A DNA stretch of 64,000 nucleotides from Nitrospinaceae bacterium (GTDB lineage: Bacteria > Nitrospinota > Nitrospinia > Nitrospinales > Nitrospinaceae): NCBI GenBank assembly GCA_965223665.1, contig OZ245011.1, forward strand, positions 3,776,001 to 3,840,000. The letters are read 5' to 3'. A program made the translations under genes and the position numbers. Of this stretch, positions 49,441 through 59,341 are shown in pieces (within the stretch, counting starts at the first letter, position 1; the number at the start of each line of letters is the position of its first letter). The notes beneath the pieces were generated by a model. It worked only from the letters and a program-made list of their open reading frames with translations. It had not been told where the DNA came from and ran no database searches.

Positions 49441-49839
49441 ATGAAAAAACAACCTTCTAGCGAACTTGATGTGTTCAAAAACCCAAATCCCGAAAGAGAT
49501 TATGAAATTCATATGGAATGCCCGGAATTTACTTGTTTATGTCCGAAAACAGGACAGCCAGATTTTGCAAACATCGATATTTTTTATATTCCAGATAAAC
49601 TTTGTGTGGAATTGAAATCCTTAAAACTTTATTTATGGTCATTTCGAAATGAAGGGGCTTTTCATGAGGCTGTAACAAATCAAATTTTGAACGATTTAGT
49701 GAAAGCATGTCGTCCAAGGTGGATGAAGGTTGTAGGTGAGTTTTTTGTTCGAGGTGGTATTCAAACCACGATTACAGTTGAACATTATGGGAAAAAGCGT
49801 AAGCCTTTGGCTAAAGCAAGGGGTAAAAAGAAGGAATAA
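49441..49839 (+). CDS. queF: NADPH-dependent preQ0 reductase (unimodular QueF)
   Basis: [37 protein letters not shown]. Confidence 0.95.
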   Translation: MKKQPSSELDVFKNPNPERDYEIHMECPEFTCLCPKTGQPDFANIDIFYIPDKLCVELKSLKLYLWSFRNEGAFHEAVTNQILNDLVKACRPRWMKVVGEFFVRGGIQTTITVEHYGKKRKPLAKARGKKKE

Positions 49840-49843
49840 GGCT

Positions 49844-50224
49844 ATGTTAATCCGGGAAGGGGAATGTCATCAATGCGGGGAGTGTTGCCAATCCGTAAAT
49901 ATTACGGTTGTCAGAGATGTCACTTTGCTCCAGCATGGTAGCCTTGAAGAATTAAAACGATATATGAGTTTTCGGGGAATTCGTGTTGTGGGAGAAGATA
50001 AAGAAAAAAACATGTTATTTTATACCCTGGATATACCCTGTAGCCAATTGACCCAAAATAAAAATTGCAAGGTTCATGGCTCTCCAGAAAAACCCTTATT
50101 GTGCTTAAAATACCCTTGGGAGCCAGATGATATTGATAAATGCGGGTACCAATTTGTGGAAAAAAACAATTTTGACTCTATTTCAAACGAAAAGAAAGCA
50201 TCGAATCCAAATCGAAAATTATGA
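49844..50224 (+). CDS. YkgJ-like CxxCxxCC cysteine-cluster protein
   Basis: CHQCGECC...CSQL....CKVH....KPLLCLKYP. ATG 49844 is preferred over the longer track ORF. Confidence 0.8.
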   Translation: MLIREGECHQCGECCQSVNITVVRDVTLLQHGSLEELKRYMSFRGIRVVGEDKEKNMLFYTLDIPCSQLTQNKNCKVHGSPEKPLLCLKYPWEPDDIDKCGYQFVEKNNFDSISNEKKASNPNRKL

Positions 50225-50703
50225 AGACTTTTTCAAAGGACAATAGATTTTGTGATAATGAAGATGGAACAATTTCAGATGCTTCAACTGGTTTAATGTG
50301 GCAGGAAGGTTATGCATATTCTGAAACGGGAAATTACGTAAATTGGTACGAAGCAAATGAATATATTGATCGGATAAATAAAAAGGGCTTGGGTGGTTAC
50401 CAGGATTGGCGACTCCCTGACAAGGTAGAATTACAAAGCTTGTATGAATTGAGTCGTCCTTTTGAATCCAGAGGCAAAACCTATATTTTGCATATTGATC
50501 CTATATTTGAGTTTGGTTATGGAAGTTGTTTTTGGACTTGGAAAAGTCGATGGTCCGGAGCTCAGGGGTTCTTATTTGATATTGGGGAACGTGTTTGGTT
50601 TCCAAAAGCGAGCCCTTCAGCTACTGTAAGAGCGGTGCGCCAGAACATGAATCCATTTAAACTTTTAGGATTTTATGAAGAAAAGAAAATCAAAATCGGA
50701 TAA
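50221..50703 (+). CDS. Lcl/DUF1566 domain protein
   Basis: [36 protein letters not shown]. Confidence 0.85.
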   Translation: MKTFSKDNRFCDNEDGTISDASTGLMWQEGYAYSETGNYVNWYEANEYIDRINKKGLGGYQDWRLPDKVELQSLYELSRPFESRGKTYILHIDPIFEFGYGSCFWTWKSRWSGAQGFLFDIGERVWFPKASPSATVRAVRQNMNPFKLLGFYEEKKIKIG

Positions 50704-50998
50704 TCTTTCAACAGGTGTTTCCCTGGTGGATTCTAAATCAATCCAGCGTGAAAAAAATAAAGCACGGGAATTGCGAAAAACTCAATGGTGGCAGAGCAAG
50801 TTGCAAGTAGGTATTTGCCATTATTGTGGTGAGAAATTTGGAGCGGCGGAGTTAACTATGGACCACGTAATTCCGGTTTCTCGAGGGGGAAAAAGTACCA
50901 AGGGTAATGTCGTCACAGCCTGTAAGGCTTGTAATAATAAAAAGAAATATCTTACCCCGGTAGATATGATTTTGCAAAGCCAACCATTTTCAAAGTAA
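50675..50998 (+). CDS. Small HNH endonuclease
   Basis: [29 protein letters not shown]. Confidence 0.9.
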   Translation: MKKRKSKSDNLSTGVSLVDSKSIQREKNKARELRKTQWWQSKLQVGICHYCGEKFGAAELTMDHVIPVSRGGKSTKGNVVTACKACNNKKKYLTPVDMILQSQPFSK

Positions 50999-51023
50999 TG
51001 AAGGTCAAGTAAGAGAGGTTTTA

Positions 51024-51113
51024 ATGGATAGTGATAAAATGCTGAAGATAATGGGTTGGGTGGTTGGACTCAGCGTTTTCTTTGGAGTGATACTTTTTAT
51101 ATTTAAAACTTAG
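51024..51113 (+). CDS. Putative 29-aa single-TM microprotein
   Basis: Not in the track. A GAGAGG SD precedes the ATG; MDSDKMLKIMGWVVGLSVFFGVILFIFKT*. Confidence 0.55.
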   Translation: MDSDKMLKIMGWVVGLSVFFGVILFIFKT

Positions 51114-51141
51114 TGGAACATTAAAGGTATATAGTTTGATT

Positions 51142-51792
51142 TTAAGAAGGAATATCCATACTGCTTGGAGGGGCTTGATTCCGAGGTTGATCCTTAGCAG
51201 CCAGCGCTTCATATCGCGGATCTAATTTTTTTTGTTCTTCAACTAAAGTTTGGCATATGCGGGTTTCGCAAATAAGAACAAGATGAATTCCCAGCTTTGT
51301 TTTAACAGGTTCAGAAACAACAAACTTTTGTCCTTTCATTATTGCATCCCTTAAATCTTCAGTAAGAAGATCTTCCTTTTCGGGAGTTTTAGCATGGACC
51401 CAGTCTAAATCTCCACCCACCATGCGAGAAGGGCAGGTGCTATATTTTTTGGCCAAGCGACCAAAGAATTTTTCAATTTTTTCGCAATCTATAAATTCTT
51501 TATCAGGGTCGTTAGAGGGTTCAGACGCTAATTCTTTTTGATAATCCTTGATAGTTTGTCTAATTAAATTTGCAGGCTCAATACTTGAAAGCCTAATGTG
51601 TCTTACTCTGTGTTCTAATGGTTTATCTGTCTTTATTTTGGCTTTTTTGGGTTTAAAAACTTTTCGTGGCTTGATCTGAGGTTTTTTGGATGGTTCAGCC
51701 GAAGATTTATTTTCAACCTTGGGATCTTTGGCGGTCTTGTCCCGCTGATAAATGGTTTTTTCAGCTTCTTTGGGAAACTGCTCTTCAGACAT
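51142..51792 (-). CDS. Parvulin (PpiC)-like peptidyl-prolyl isomerase
   Basis: RVRHIRL, LAKKYSTCPS..GGDLDW, SEPVKTKLGIHLV. Confidence 0.75.
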   Translation of the reverse strand: MSEEQFPKEAEKTIYQRDKTAKDPKVENKSSAEPSKKPQIKPRKVFKPKKAKIKTDKPLEHRVRHIRLSSIEPANLIRQTIKDYQKELASEPSNDPDKEFIDCEKIEKFFGRLAKKYSTCPSRMVGGDLDWVHAKTPEKEDLLTEDLRDAIMKGQKFVVSEPVKTKLGIHLVLICETRICQTLVEEQKKLDPRYEALAAKDQPRNQAPPSSMDIPS

Positions 51793-51862
51793 AATTAATT
51801 CCTATTAATTGATAATCAAGACAAAAAATCTATCATATTCATTTATGAAAAACTAGGAGTTA

Positions 51863-52147
51863 CTAACAAAGATTTTTCTTAGAATGAGCAATTAAAGCTT
51901 TTTTAGCGCCTAAATGCCCTTGTTGAGAGGCTTTACACCACCATTTTATGGCTTCTTGAGTATCAAAAAAACCATTCTTTCCACAACAATAAGCATTTCC
52001 CAAACGAAATTGAGCCTCAGGTTCTCCTTTTTTGGCTTTTTCTTCCCATCGAATACGTTCATCCTGCGCATGAGACATTTTGGTATCATAAACTTTTGCG
52101 CAGGAAGTGAGTATAAAACAAATTATCAAAATAATAAGTATCTTCAT
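51863..52147 (-). CDS. Small Sel1-repeat lipoprotein
   Basis: Lipobox LTSC; KAKKGEPEAQFRLGNAY...EAIKWWCKASQQGH. Confidence 0.8.
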   Translation of the reverse strand: MKILIILIICFILTSCAKVYDTKMSHAQDERIRWEEKAKKGEPEAQFRLGNAYCCGKNGFFDTQEAIKWWCKASQQGHLGAKKALIAHSKKNLC

Positions 52148-52185
52148 TCTTTATTCATAGGTCGACAACTATAATATTCACTGAA

Positions 52186-52848
52186 ATGAAAATATTAATT
52201 ATAGAAGACGATATCCAAATTTCCAGGCAATTATCCGAGCACCTTGAAAATTGTGGTTTTGTGACTCAGATTGCTTCTGATGGTGAGGAAGGACATTATT
52301 GGGGAGAAGTTGAGGATTATGATGTTGTACTTTTAGATTTAGGTCTTCCTCAGTTAGATGGGATCACGTTGTTGGAACGCTGGCGACATAGCGGGAAAAC
52401 ATTTCCAGTGATCATTCTTTCTGCACGGACCAATAAAATGGAAACGATCCGTGGTCTAGAAGCTGGGGCAGATGATTATATTTATAAGCCTTTTGATTTG
52501 GATGAAGTGGTCGCTCGGATTCGAGCAAATATAAGGAGGGACAAGGGAAAATCGGATAAATTGTTCCAATGTCAAAATGTTGCCCTGGACATGAATGGTC
52601 GACGAGTATTATTAAATGGAGCGCATGTAAAATTAACCCGGATTGAATATTTGATTGTTCAATATTTGTTCCTTCATCAGGGAACTCTGGTAAGCGTTGC
52701 AGATCTTGGTGATCATGTTTATGAAAACTTTGATCACGATTCCAGTATCCTTGCACGACATATAGCAAACATTCGAAAAAAAATAGGTAGCGACATAATC
52801 CTCACTGAAAGTAATCGTGGTTACTATGTTCCCAAAGATAATTCATAG
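52186..52848 (+). CDS. OmpR-family response regulator
   Basis: IEDD, LDLGLP, GADDYIYKPF, winged-helix C-terminus. Confidence 0.95.
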   Translation: MKILIIEDDIQISRQLSEHLENCGFVTQIASDGEEGHYWGEVEDYDVVLLDLGLPQLDGITLLERWRHSGKTFPVIILSARTNKMETIRGLEAGADDYIYKPFDLDEVVARIRANIRRDKGKSDKLFQCQNVALDMNGRRVLLNGAHVKLTRIEYLIVQYLFLHQGTLVSVADLGDHVYENFDHDSSILARHIANIRKKIGSDIILTESNRGYYVPKDNS

Positions 52849-54118
52849 TTTAACAGCTCGCGTAATTTTTCTAAGCACGGTAGGAGGATTAGTTTTATTA
52901 ATTGCTATTGGTTTAAGTTCAGTTTGGTTATTCGAGGAGTCTCTAGAGGATCAATTAGATAATCATATTATGGCTTATGTTGATGTTCTAGCTGGAGCAA
53001 TTCGAATAGAAAATGGAAAAGTAGTTTTATCTAAAAATGCATCCATTTTACAATCCATCCCTCGCTATTGGCAGGTAGATGCTGAAGAATATCATGTTGC
53101 AAAATCTAATATTCTAAAAAGTTGGATTCCAATAAGAAAGCCTTTAAGTTTAGAACCGTATCATTTTCAGATTTCGCAAGAATCAGGACCAGAATTAATT
53201 GTTATTCAACGAGGATTTATTTTTCCTGGAAAGCATTGGGTGATAATCACCTTTTGCTTAGAAGAGCAGGTTGCTCTAGCTTATAAAGCCGATCTGAAGA
53301 AACAATTTGATGCATCTTTATTTAAGACGATTTCCTTTGTAGCTGTAATACTTGTTCTAATAATTTTGGCACAAGTTGTTTTAATCAATCGCCCTTTAAA
53401 GCAAATTAATCTTGCGTTGGGTCAGGTTCGATCTGGTCAAAGGGGGAGAATTGAAGGCAAATTCCCAAAAGAAATACAAATGCTTTCAGATGAGCTGAAT
53501 AATTTGCTGGATTATATTTCCAATGTGGTTGATCGGCACCGAACACTATCAAGCAATTTGGCGCATGCTATTAAAACACCTTTGACGGTTATTCGAAACG
53601 AAACGAAATCTTCTAATATTCACAATCAAATTGATTCTATATTACAGGTGATCGATAGGAATTTAGCTAGAGCGCAGACAGCGGGTAAATCAAAATCCTT
53701 AAACCCTCAATCAAAGATACATCCTATTCTTAAGCGAATTGTAGGAAGTTTCGAAAGAGTGTATCAAAAAAAAATTAAAATCCAATGTTCAGAATCAACC
53801 ACAATAAACTTTGATGAAATCGATCTCTACGAAATTTTGGGAAATCTTATAGAAAATGCATGCAAGTATGGAAACTCAAATGTATTAGTTACCGTAAAAA
53901 GTAATTTGATAATGGTTGAGGATGATGGGGTAGGGATTCCATTGAACGAAAGGGAATCTGTATTAAATCGAGGTATTAGGCTGGATCAGTCCAAACCGGG
54001 AGTTGGAATAGGATTATCAGTAGTAAAAGAAATATTAAACCTGTATAGAGCCAAAATTGAACTGATGGATTCGGAATTAGGAGGGCTCAAAGTAATAATT
54101 GAATTGAGAAGAGAGTAA
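52826..54118 (+). CDS. Sensor histidine kinase (PhoQ/QseC-like)
   Basis: Two TMs; LAHAIKTPL, NLIENACKY, EDDGVG, GIGLS. Overlaps the RR stop. Confidence 0.93.
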   Translation: MFPKIIHSLTARVIFLSTVGGLVLLIAIGLSSVWLFEESLEDQLDNHIMAYVDVLAGAIRIENGKVVLSKNASILQSIPRYWQVDAEEYHVAKSNILKSWIPIRKPLSLEPYHFQISQESGPELIVIQRGFIFPGKHWVIITFCLEEQVALAYKADLKKQFDASLFKTISFVAVILVLIILAQVVLINRPLKQINLALGQVRSGQRGRIEGKFPKEIQMLSDELNNLLDYISNVVDRHRTLSSNLAHAIKTPLTVIRNETKSSNIHNQIDSILQVIDRNLARAQTAGKSKSLNPQSKIHPILKRIVGSFERVYQKKIKIQCSESTTINFDEIDLYEILGNLIENACKYGNSNVLVTVKSNLIMVEDDGVGIPLNERESVLNRGIRLDQSKPGVGIGLSVVKEILNLYRAKIELMDSELGGLKVIIELRRE

Positions 54119-54222
54119 AGTTAAATTTTTGGAATTTTCATTGAATTTTTCCTTCAATTTTTCTTCAAAGGTTTAGTGTTAATCTCTCATTTATTATTAA
54201 TCACGATAAATTGGAGATTGAT

Positions 54223-55011
54223 ATGAATAAGCTGGTTTTGATTTTAATTTTTTTGATCTTGTTTTCTGCATGTGCCCACACTGTGCAAACTACTTCAGGA
54301 GATTCCTATTTAGGTAAACATAAAAACTTGAATTCTACTGAAAGTAAAAGTCTAACCTCCCTTAATATTGAGCAGAAAGTTAGGCAAATTGCTGCTGTGG
54401 AACCTACTTTGAAATTTCCCGCGAGGATAGGAATTGCACGAATTGAGAGCGGTCAATTATCGACTTTACCGGGTGAGGAGGTTGAAAGTTGGATAAAACT
54501 TGGTGAAAAATTAGGCGTAGAATATGGGAAATTCATACCAGTAAATCCAATGATTGCACAAATGGTCAGTGAAGGAGAAGCAGTTAGTAATGAGTCTTCT
54601 TTAAAAAATGTAATTGCTAAAATTCGAATGGGCGCGGCCAGGCAACATCTGGATGTAGTATTAATTTATGAGATTTTTTCGAAATTAGATCAAAAGAGTA
54701 ATTTATTGAGCCTTGCAGATATTACTGTCCTTGGTGGTTTTATTTTGCCTTCCCATGCCTTGGAAATTGAAGGCTATTCCAATGCAATGCTAGTCGATGT
54801 TATAAACGGTTACCCTTATGGAACAGTTGAAACCTCATTGCAAAAAGAAGAAAGCTATTCTTCGACTTGGGGAATCGATAACACCGAAAAGGAATTAAAT
54901 AAAAGTATCAAATCGCAAGTGACTAAAAAACTAGTAGGTGAGGTGGAAGAAATGTTAAAAGAGGTTCGTTTGCAATTAGCGGAGAGTCGGTTAAAAAGGA
55001 AAGAAAAATAA
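54223..55011 (+). CDS. Lipoprotein (rhombotarget-lipoprotein-like)
   Basis: GGAG SD; lipobox FSAC; LKFPARIGIARI. Confidence 0.65.
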   Translation: MNKLVLILIFLILFSACAHTVQTTSGDSYLGKHKNLNSTESKSLTSLNIEQKVRQIAAVEPTLKFPARIGIARIESGQLSTLPGEEVESWIKLGEKLGVEYGKFIPVNPMIAQMVSEGEAVSNESSLKNVIAKIRMGAARQHLDVVLIYEIFSKLDQKSNLLSLADITVLGGFILPSHALEIEGYSNAMLVDVINGYPYGTVETSLQKEESYSSTWGIDNTEKELNKSIKSQVTKKLVGEVEEMLKEVRLQLAESRLKRKEK

Positions 55012-55028
55012 ATTTAAAATTTTTGATT

Positions 55029-55880
55029 TTAAAAGCCAAGGGACTCTAAATAGTTTAGAACTCCACCTTCTGCATTGCTACTGATGATTTGGTCGGCTTT
55101 TGATTTAACTTCTGGAAGTGCATTGTCAACAGCAATAGATTTCCCTGCGACTTGGAACATTTCCAAGTCATTGAGATAATCGCCAAAAACTACTGTTTTG
55201 TTAAGTGGAATGCCTAAATAATCAGCCAGTTTTTTAAGCATGCTGCCTTTGTCAGCATTTCGATGAAACATTTGTAACCAGTAATATCCAGGCATTTCAA
55301 TATCTTCAGCAAAATAAAGATTTAAATGATCCGGGTATTGATCAAGCAGTGATTGGTAAATAGGTTCTAATACTTGAAATGTATCGATTAATAAAAACCC
55401 TGCAATATACTCTTCTTCTAAAAAATCATATTCTTTGATTTTGCGTAATCGCCCATCCCCTTCCAGGTGGTTAAAATAGTTCATTGTTCCTGGATTAGGT
55501 GTATTTCTGTAATAAAGTCTATGCTGTTTCCCGTATGTATATATAAAAGGATCCAGATTCAAAGGAAGAACTTGCTCTAATAATTGGTGAAAAACAGTTT
55601 TAGAAATGAAGTTTGATAACTGTAGGTTTTCTCCTGTTTCAAATTCAGTAAGATAAACCCCGTTAAAAAGAATGACCGGAATTTGAAATTGCACTTTCTT
55701 TAAAATTGGATGAACCGAATCATAATTCCTTGCAGTTGCAATGGTAAACTTTAAACCCCGGTCAATGAGTCGGTTGAGGCGATTTGCCGATTCGTTAGAA
55801 AATTTACTTTTGGGTTCTAAAAGCGTCCCATCAACGTCAGAGACATATAAACAGGATTTTGGATCAATTATGGTCATCAA
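55029..55880 (-). CDS. Cof-type HAD-IIB hydrolase
   Basis: SDVDGTLL, ATAR, DKG, FGDYLNDLEMF. Confidence 0.9.
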   Translation of the reverse strand: MMTIIDPKSCLYVSDVDGTLLEPKSKFSNESANRLNRLIDRGLKFTIATARNYDSVHPILKKVQFQIPVILFNGVYLTEFETGENLQLSNFISKTVFHQLLEQVLPLNLDPFIYTYGKQHRLYYRNTPNPGTMNYFNHLEGDGRLRKIKEYDFLEEEYIAGFLLIDTFQVLEPIYQSLLDQYPDHLNLYFAEDIEMPGYYWLQMFHRNADKGSMLKKLADYLGIPLNKTVVFGDYLNDLEMFQVAGKSIAVDNALPEVKSKADQIISSNAEGGVLNYLESLGF

Positions 55881-55969
55881 AAACTAATTTGTAAGGGAAT
55901 TAAGAAAACCGGGACTAAATAGTAACTTTTATATAAGAACAATTTATAATTAGATAACTAAAAGGAGAT

Positions 55970-56800
55970 TTGTTCATGCTCATGTCAATATTTAACAGAG
56001 TTGAAGCATCTGATCAAAACAAAATACCAGCCGGATTTAAAAGGATCAAATTTTTTACGTTGAGCTTTTTTTTAGTTCTGGTGTGGGCTTCTCCTGCGTT
56101 GTCTTTCAACTTTTCGAGTTGGGATGGGATAGTCAAAAAATATGTAAAACCTACCACGATTGATGGGGTTAATTTGAATGGTGTCAACTATTCTGCTTTA
56201 AAAAAAGATTCTGATTTTAAAAAATTGGTCTCAAGTTTAGAGAAATTTTCGCCATCCAATCTCAAAGCTAAAGAAGAAAAATTAGTGTTTTGGATAAATG
56301 TTTATAATATTATGGCGGTAAAAATGATTTTAGATAACTATCCTTTGGACAGTATTAAAGATGCAGGTAGCCTTCTAACTTCGGTTTGGAAAAAACCAGT
56401 AGGAATTGTTGGAGGAAAAGAAAGAACTCTTAATGAAATTGAGCATGAAATTCTTAGAAAAATGGGGGAACCGCGAATTCATGTTGCTATTGTATGTGCT
56501 TCGGTAAGCTGTCCTGATCTAAGAGCGGAAGCGTACACAGTGGAAAACCTAAATGAGCAATTGGAAGACCAAGTACGTAAGTTTTTAACCAACCCAACAA
56601 AAGGACTTCGACTGGATAAATCTGATCAGGAAGTGCATATTTCATCAATATTTGATTGGTTTGAAGAAGATTTTGATTCCCAAGGAGGAGTATTAAAGTT
56701 TATCCAACGTTATTCTCCTGAAGCTGTTCAAAAAGAACTTTCCAAGAAAAAATATGACATAGAGCATTTAAATTATAACTGGGATTTAAATAAAATATAA
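55970..56800 (+). CDS. DUF547 domain secreted protein
   Basis: FWINVYN, LNEIEHEILR, PRIHVAIVCASVSCP, SSIFDWFEEDF, YNWDLN. The start is uncertain. Confidence 0.88.
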   Translation: MFMLMSIFNRVEASDQNKIPAGFKRIKFFTLSFFLVLVWASPALSFNFSSWDGIVKKYVKPTTIDGVNLNGVNYSALKKDSDFKKLVSSLEKFSPSNLKAKEEKLVFWINVYNIMAVKMILDNYPLDSIKDAGSLLTSVWKKPVGIVGGKERTLNEIEHEILRKMGEPRIHVAIVCASVSCPDLRAEAYTVENLNEQLEDQVRKFLTNPTKGLRLDKSDQEVHISSIFDWFEEDFDSQGGVLKFIQRYSPEAVQKELSKKKYDIEHLNYNWDLNKI

Positions 56801-56832
56801 AATCTAAAGTGGAAAAAAAGTTAAAATAAAAA

Positions 56833-56869
56833 TCCAAGACAGATCTCAAAAATCGAAATCTGTCTTGGA
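56833..56869. terminator. Hairpin between convergent genes
   Basis: tccaagacagat...atctgtcttgga, 12-bp stem. Confidence 0.75.
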
Positions 56870-56875
56870 AATTTT

Positions 56876-57868
56876 TTATTCAGTTTCAAATAAACTTCCT
56901 GCACGCCAATCATAAATTCCATTCACACTTCGATTATGACCGCCACTTACAGAGGACCAAAATCCATTGGCGGCATTGTTGCGCCCTCCACTGACACTGG
57001 CATTATTTTCACCTGCAGTATTATTTAATCCACCGCTTACACTGGACCAGGGTGAGTTTGCAGTATTTTCACTGCCACCACTAACACTGGAACTTTGGCC
57101 GCTAGAGAGATTTTCACGTCCTCCACTGACACTAGAGGTTGTTGCAGTTGCTTGATTTAGAAATCCACCAGTGACAACAGCAGTGAATCCACTTGTAAGA
57201 TTTCTTTGGCCTCCAATAACAGAAGATCCGCCACTACTTGCTACATTGAGTTGGCCACTGATGGCACTACTATTAGGGCCGGATATTATATTGTTAGCCC
57301 CAGAGACAATTCCTCCATAGCTGGAATAATTATGACCTCCACCCACGATAATATTATGTGATCCGGATTTGTCTGAAATTGGCAAACCACCCGGATCATA
57401 GGGAAAAATCTCTTCATTATATCCCACAATCAAATTACCCAATCCATTGACCATGGGTGGGTCTTCATCTACCCCTCCAGATGTTGATCCCAGGCCACTT
57501 ATAATTTGAACATTGACACCTTCAAAAATTATGGTATCTCCATCCCGGGTTACCCCCTGAAATATGGTAAGCAGATCTTTCAGCGTAGTAACACTTTTGT
57601 TTAACACTTGGATGGAATTAGAATTTACCGAAACGCGGGATGCCAAACTGCTGATCGCTTCTTTTAAATTTTCATCGTTGGTTTGTAGTCTTTGGATTTG
57701 ATTTGATTGATTAGCATTTTCTTCTTTTAATTTACTTACCTGAGATTCTAGGGCTCGAACTCTTTTTTCTAGATCATCGATTAATTCTAATGCAGGATTG
57801 GCTGCATAAGCTGAGCTTCCCCATAAAATACCAAAAAATGTAAATAAATATACTGCGAGCTTTTTCAT
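56876..57868 (-). CDS. Secreted coiled-coil + 14-aa SSVSGG beta-helix repeat protein (fibre/adhesin-like)
   Basis: GGAGG SD; signal peptide; heptad region; repeats S.VSGG..N.A. Confidence 0.75.
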   Translation of the reverse strand: MKKLAVYLFTFFGILWGSSAYAANPALELIDDLEKRVRALESQVSKLKEENANQSNQIQRLQTNDENLKEAISSLASRVSVNSNSIQVLNKSVTTLKDLLTIFQGVTRDGDTIIFEGVNVQIISGLGSTSGGVDEDPPMVNGLGNLIVGYNEEIFPYDPGGLPISDKSGSHNIIVGGGHNYSSYGGIVSGANNIISGPNSSAISGQLNVASSGGSSVIGGQRNLTSGFTAVVTGGFLNQATATTSSVSGGRENLSSGQSSSVSGGSENTANSPWSSVSGGLNNTAGENNASVSGGRNNAANGFWSSVSGGHNRSVNGIYDWRAGSLFETE

Positions 57869-58058
57869 AATTTTATTCCCTCCAGAGCAGAATAAATTCC
57901 TGGTATCAATTTAAGAATAACTGAGATGAATATATAACGTCCTCAGTTGTGTTTTTTTAATTTTTGTTCCAGAGGATTTTAATGAGGTTTTATATAAAAG
58001 GGTAATAAAAAATATAAAATATGGGTATAGGGGGTGAAAGTGAAGCGAAAAATAGAGG

Positions 58059-58093
58059 GGTGGAGAGAGGCCAAGGCATTAGCTCTCTCCACC
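58059..58093 (-). terminator. Hairpin downstream of ftsZ
   Basis: ggtggagagag...ctctctccacc, 11-bp stem. Confidence 0.65.
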
Positions 58094-58131
58094 TAAAAAT
58101 CGAATTTAAATATTAACCTAGCCTTAAAAGT

Positions 58132-59322
58132 TTAGTCTGCATTTTTTCTTAAGAAAGTGGGAATGTCTGTATTCTCCCGGTCTCTGAGTATTTCAGGGGC
58201 TTCCTGACAAATAGAATCAGCTAACTGTTTTAAACTTCCTCTAACATATGTAGGCAATGGCTTGGATTCCTCCGGTTGTAGATCACCGCCTACAACTTTT
58301 TTTAGAGGCATGGGTTTGGCTTGGGTTTGAGCAACATGCTCTTCATTTCCCTTTTTTTCTTCTTCTTCAAAGCCAGTTGCGATTACAGTAACCCTCATTT
58401 CATCCTTCATTTCTGGTTCAATAACGGCTCCAAAAATAATATGTGCATCATTGTGCGCACTTTTGTGAATTAAGGTTGCGGATTCATTAACATCATGAAG
58501 AGTTAAACTTTCACCACCGGTGATGTTAATTAAGATACCGCGAGCGCCATCAACAGTAGCTTCATCCAATAAGGGGCTGGAAATAGCTTTTTGTGCTGCT
58601 TCAATGGCACGATTTTCTCCAGTCGCAGATCCACTTCCCATTAAAGCTTTACCCATTCCAGACATAATGGTTTTAACATCTGCAAAGTCCAGGTTGATTA
58701 AACCTGGAATGACAATGAGATCGGAGATGCTTGAAACTGCTTGACGAAGTACATCATCCGCTTGAGAAAAAGCATCTGTTAATGAAGTTTGTCTACCTAT
58801 AAAACTTAATAGCTTTTGATTGGGGATAACGATGAGCGTATCAACTGCTTGCTGCAATTCTTGAATACCTTCTTCAGCTTGAATCTGTCTCCGCTTTCCT
58901 TCGAAAAGAAAGGGTCGAGTGACCACGCCTACTGTAAGAGCACCAACATCCCGTGCAATATCAGCGATAATGGGGGCACCACCAGTTCCTGTGCCGCCTC
59001 CCATTCCTGCAGTTATAAAAACCATGTCGGCTCCGTCTAGCATATCTCGGATTTGATCCTGGCTTTCTTCTGCGGATTGCCGGCCTATTTCAGGATTGGA
59101 TCCAGCTCCCAGACCTTTAGTGACTTGAGAACCCACTTGAATTTTCTGTGGACAGGGGGACGAGTCCAAAGCTTGAATGTCTGTGTTTGCAATAATAAAT
59201 TCTACACCTTGGATGTTGGATACCACCATCGAGTTGACCGCGTTGGTGCCACCCCCACCCACTCCAATAACTTTAATGCAGGCAGTATATTCGTTATCTA
59301 ATTCAAATTCGATCATGCCCAT
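58132..59322 (-). CDS. ftsZ: Cell division protein FtsZ
   Basis: [33 protein letters not shown]. Confidence 0.99.
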   Translation of the reverse strand: MGMIEFELDNEYTACIKVIGVGGGGTNAVNSMVVSNIQGVEFIIANTDIQALDSSPCPQKIQVGSQVTKGLGAGSNPEIGRQSAEESQDQIRDMLDGADMVFITAGMGGGTGTGGAPIIADIARDVGALTVGVVTRPFLFEGKRRQIQAEEGIQELQQAVDTLIVIPNQKLLSFIGRQTSLTDAFSQADDVLRQAVSSISDLIVIPGLINLDFADVKTIMSGMGKALMGSGSATGENRAIEAAQKAISSPLLDEATVDGARGILINITGGESLTLHDVNESATLIHKSAHNDAHIIFGAVIEPEMKDEMRVTVIATGFEEEEKKGNEEHVAQTQAKPMPLKKVVGGDLQPEESKPLPTYVRGSLKQLADSICQEAPEILRDRENTDIPTFLRKNAD

Positions 59323-59341
59323 TTTCTCCTCTATTAACGTA

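Noticed and set aside
50675-50998. HNH as a mobile or defence element
   Set aside because: A small stand-alone HNH in a housekeeping-like string, with no methylase, intron or repeat context.
51021-51212. 63-aa minus-strand track ORF
   Set aside because: It overlaps the parvulin gene and has no SD. The plus-strand 29-aa ORF explains the gap better.
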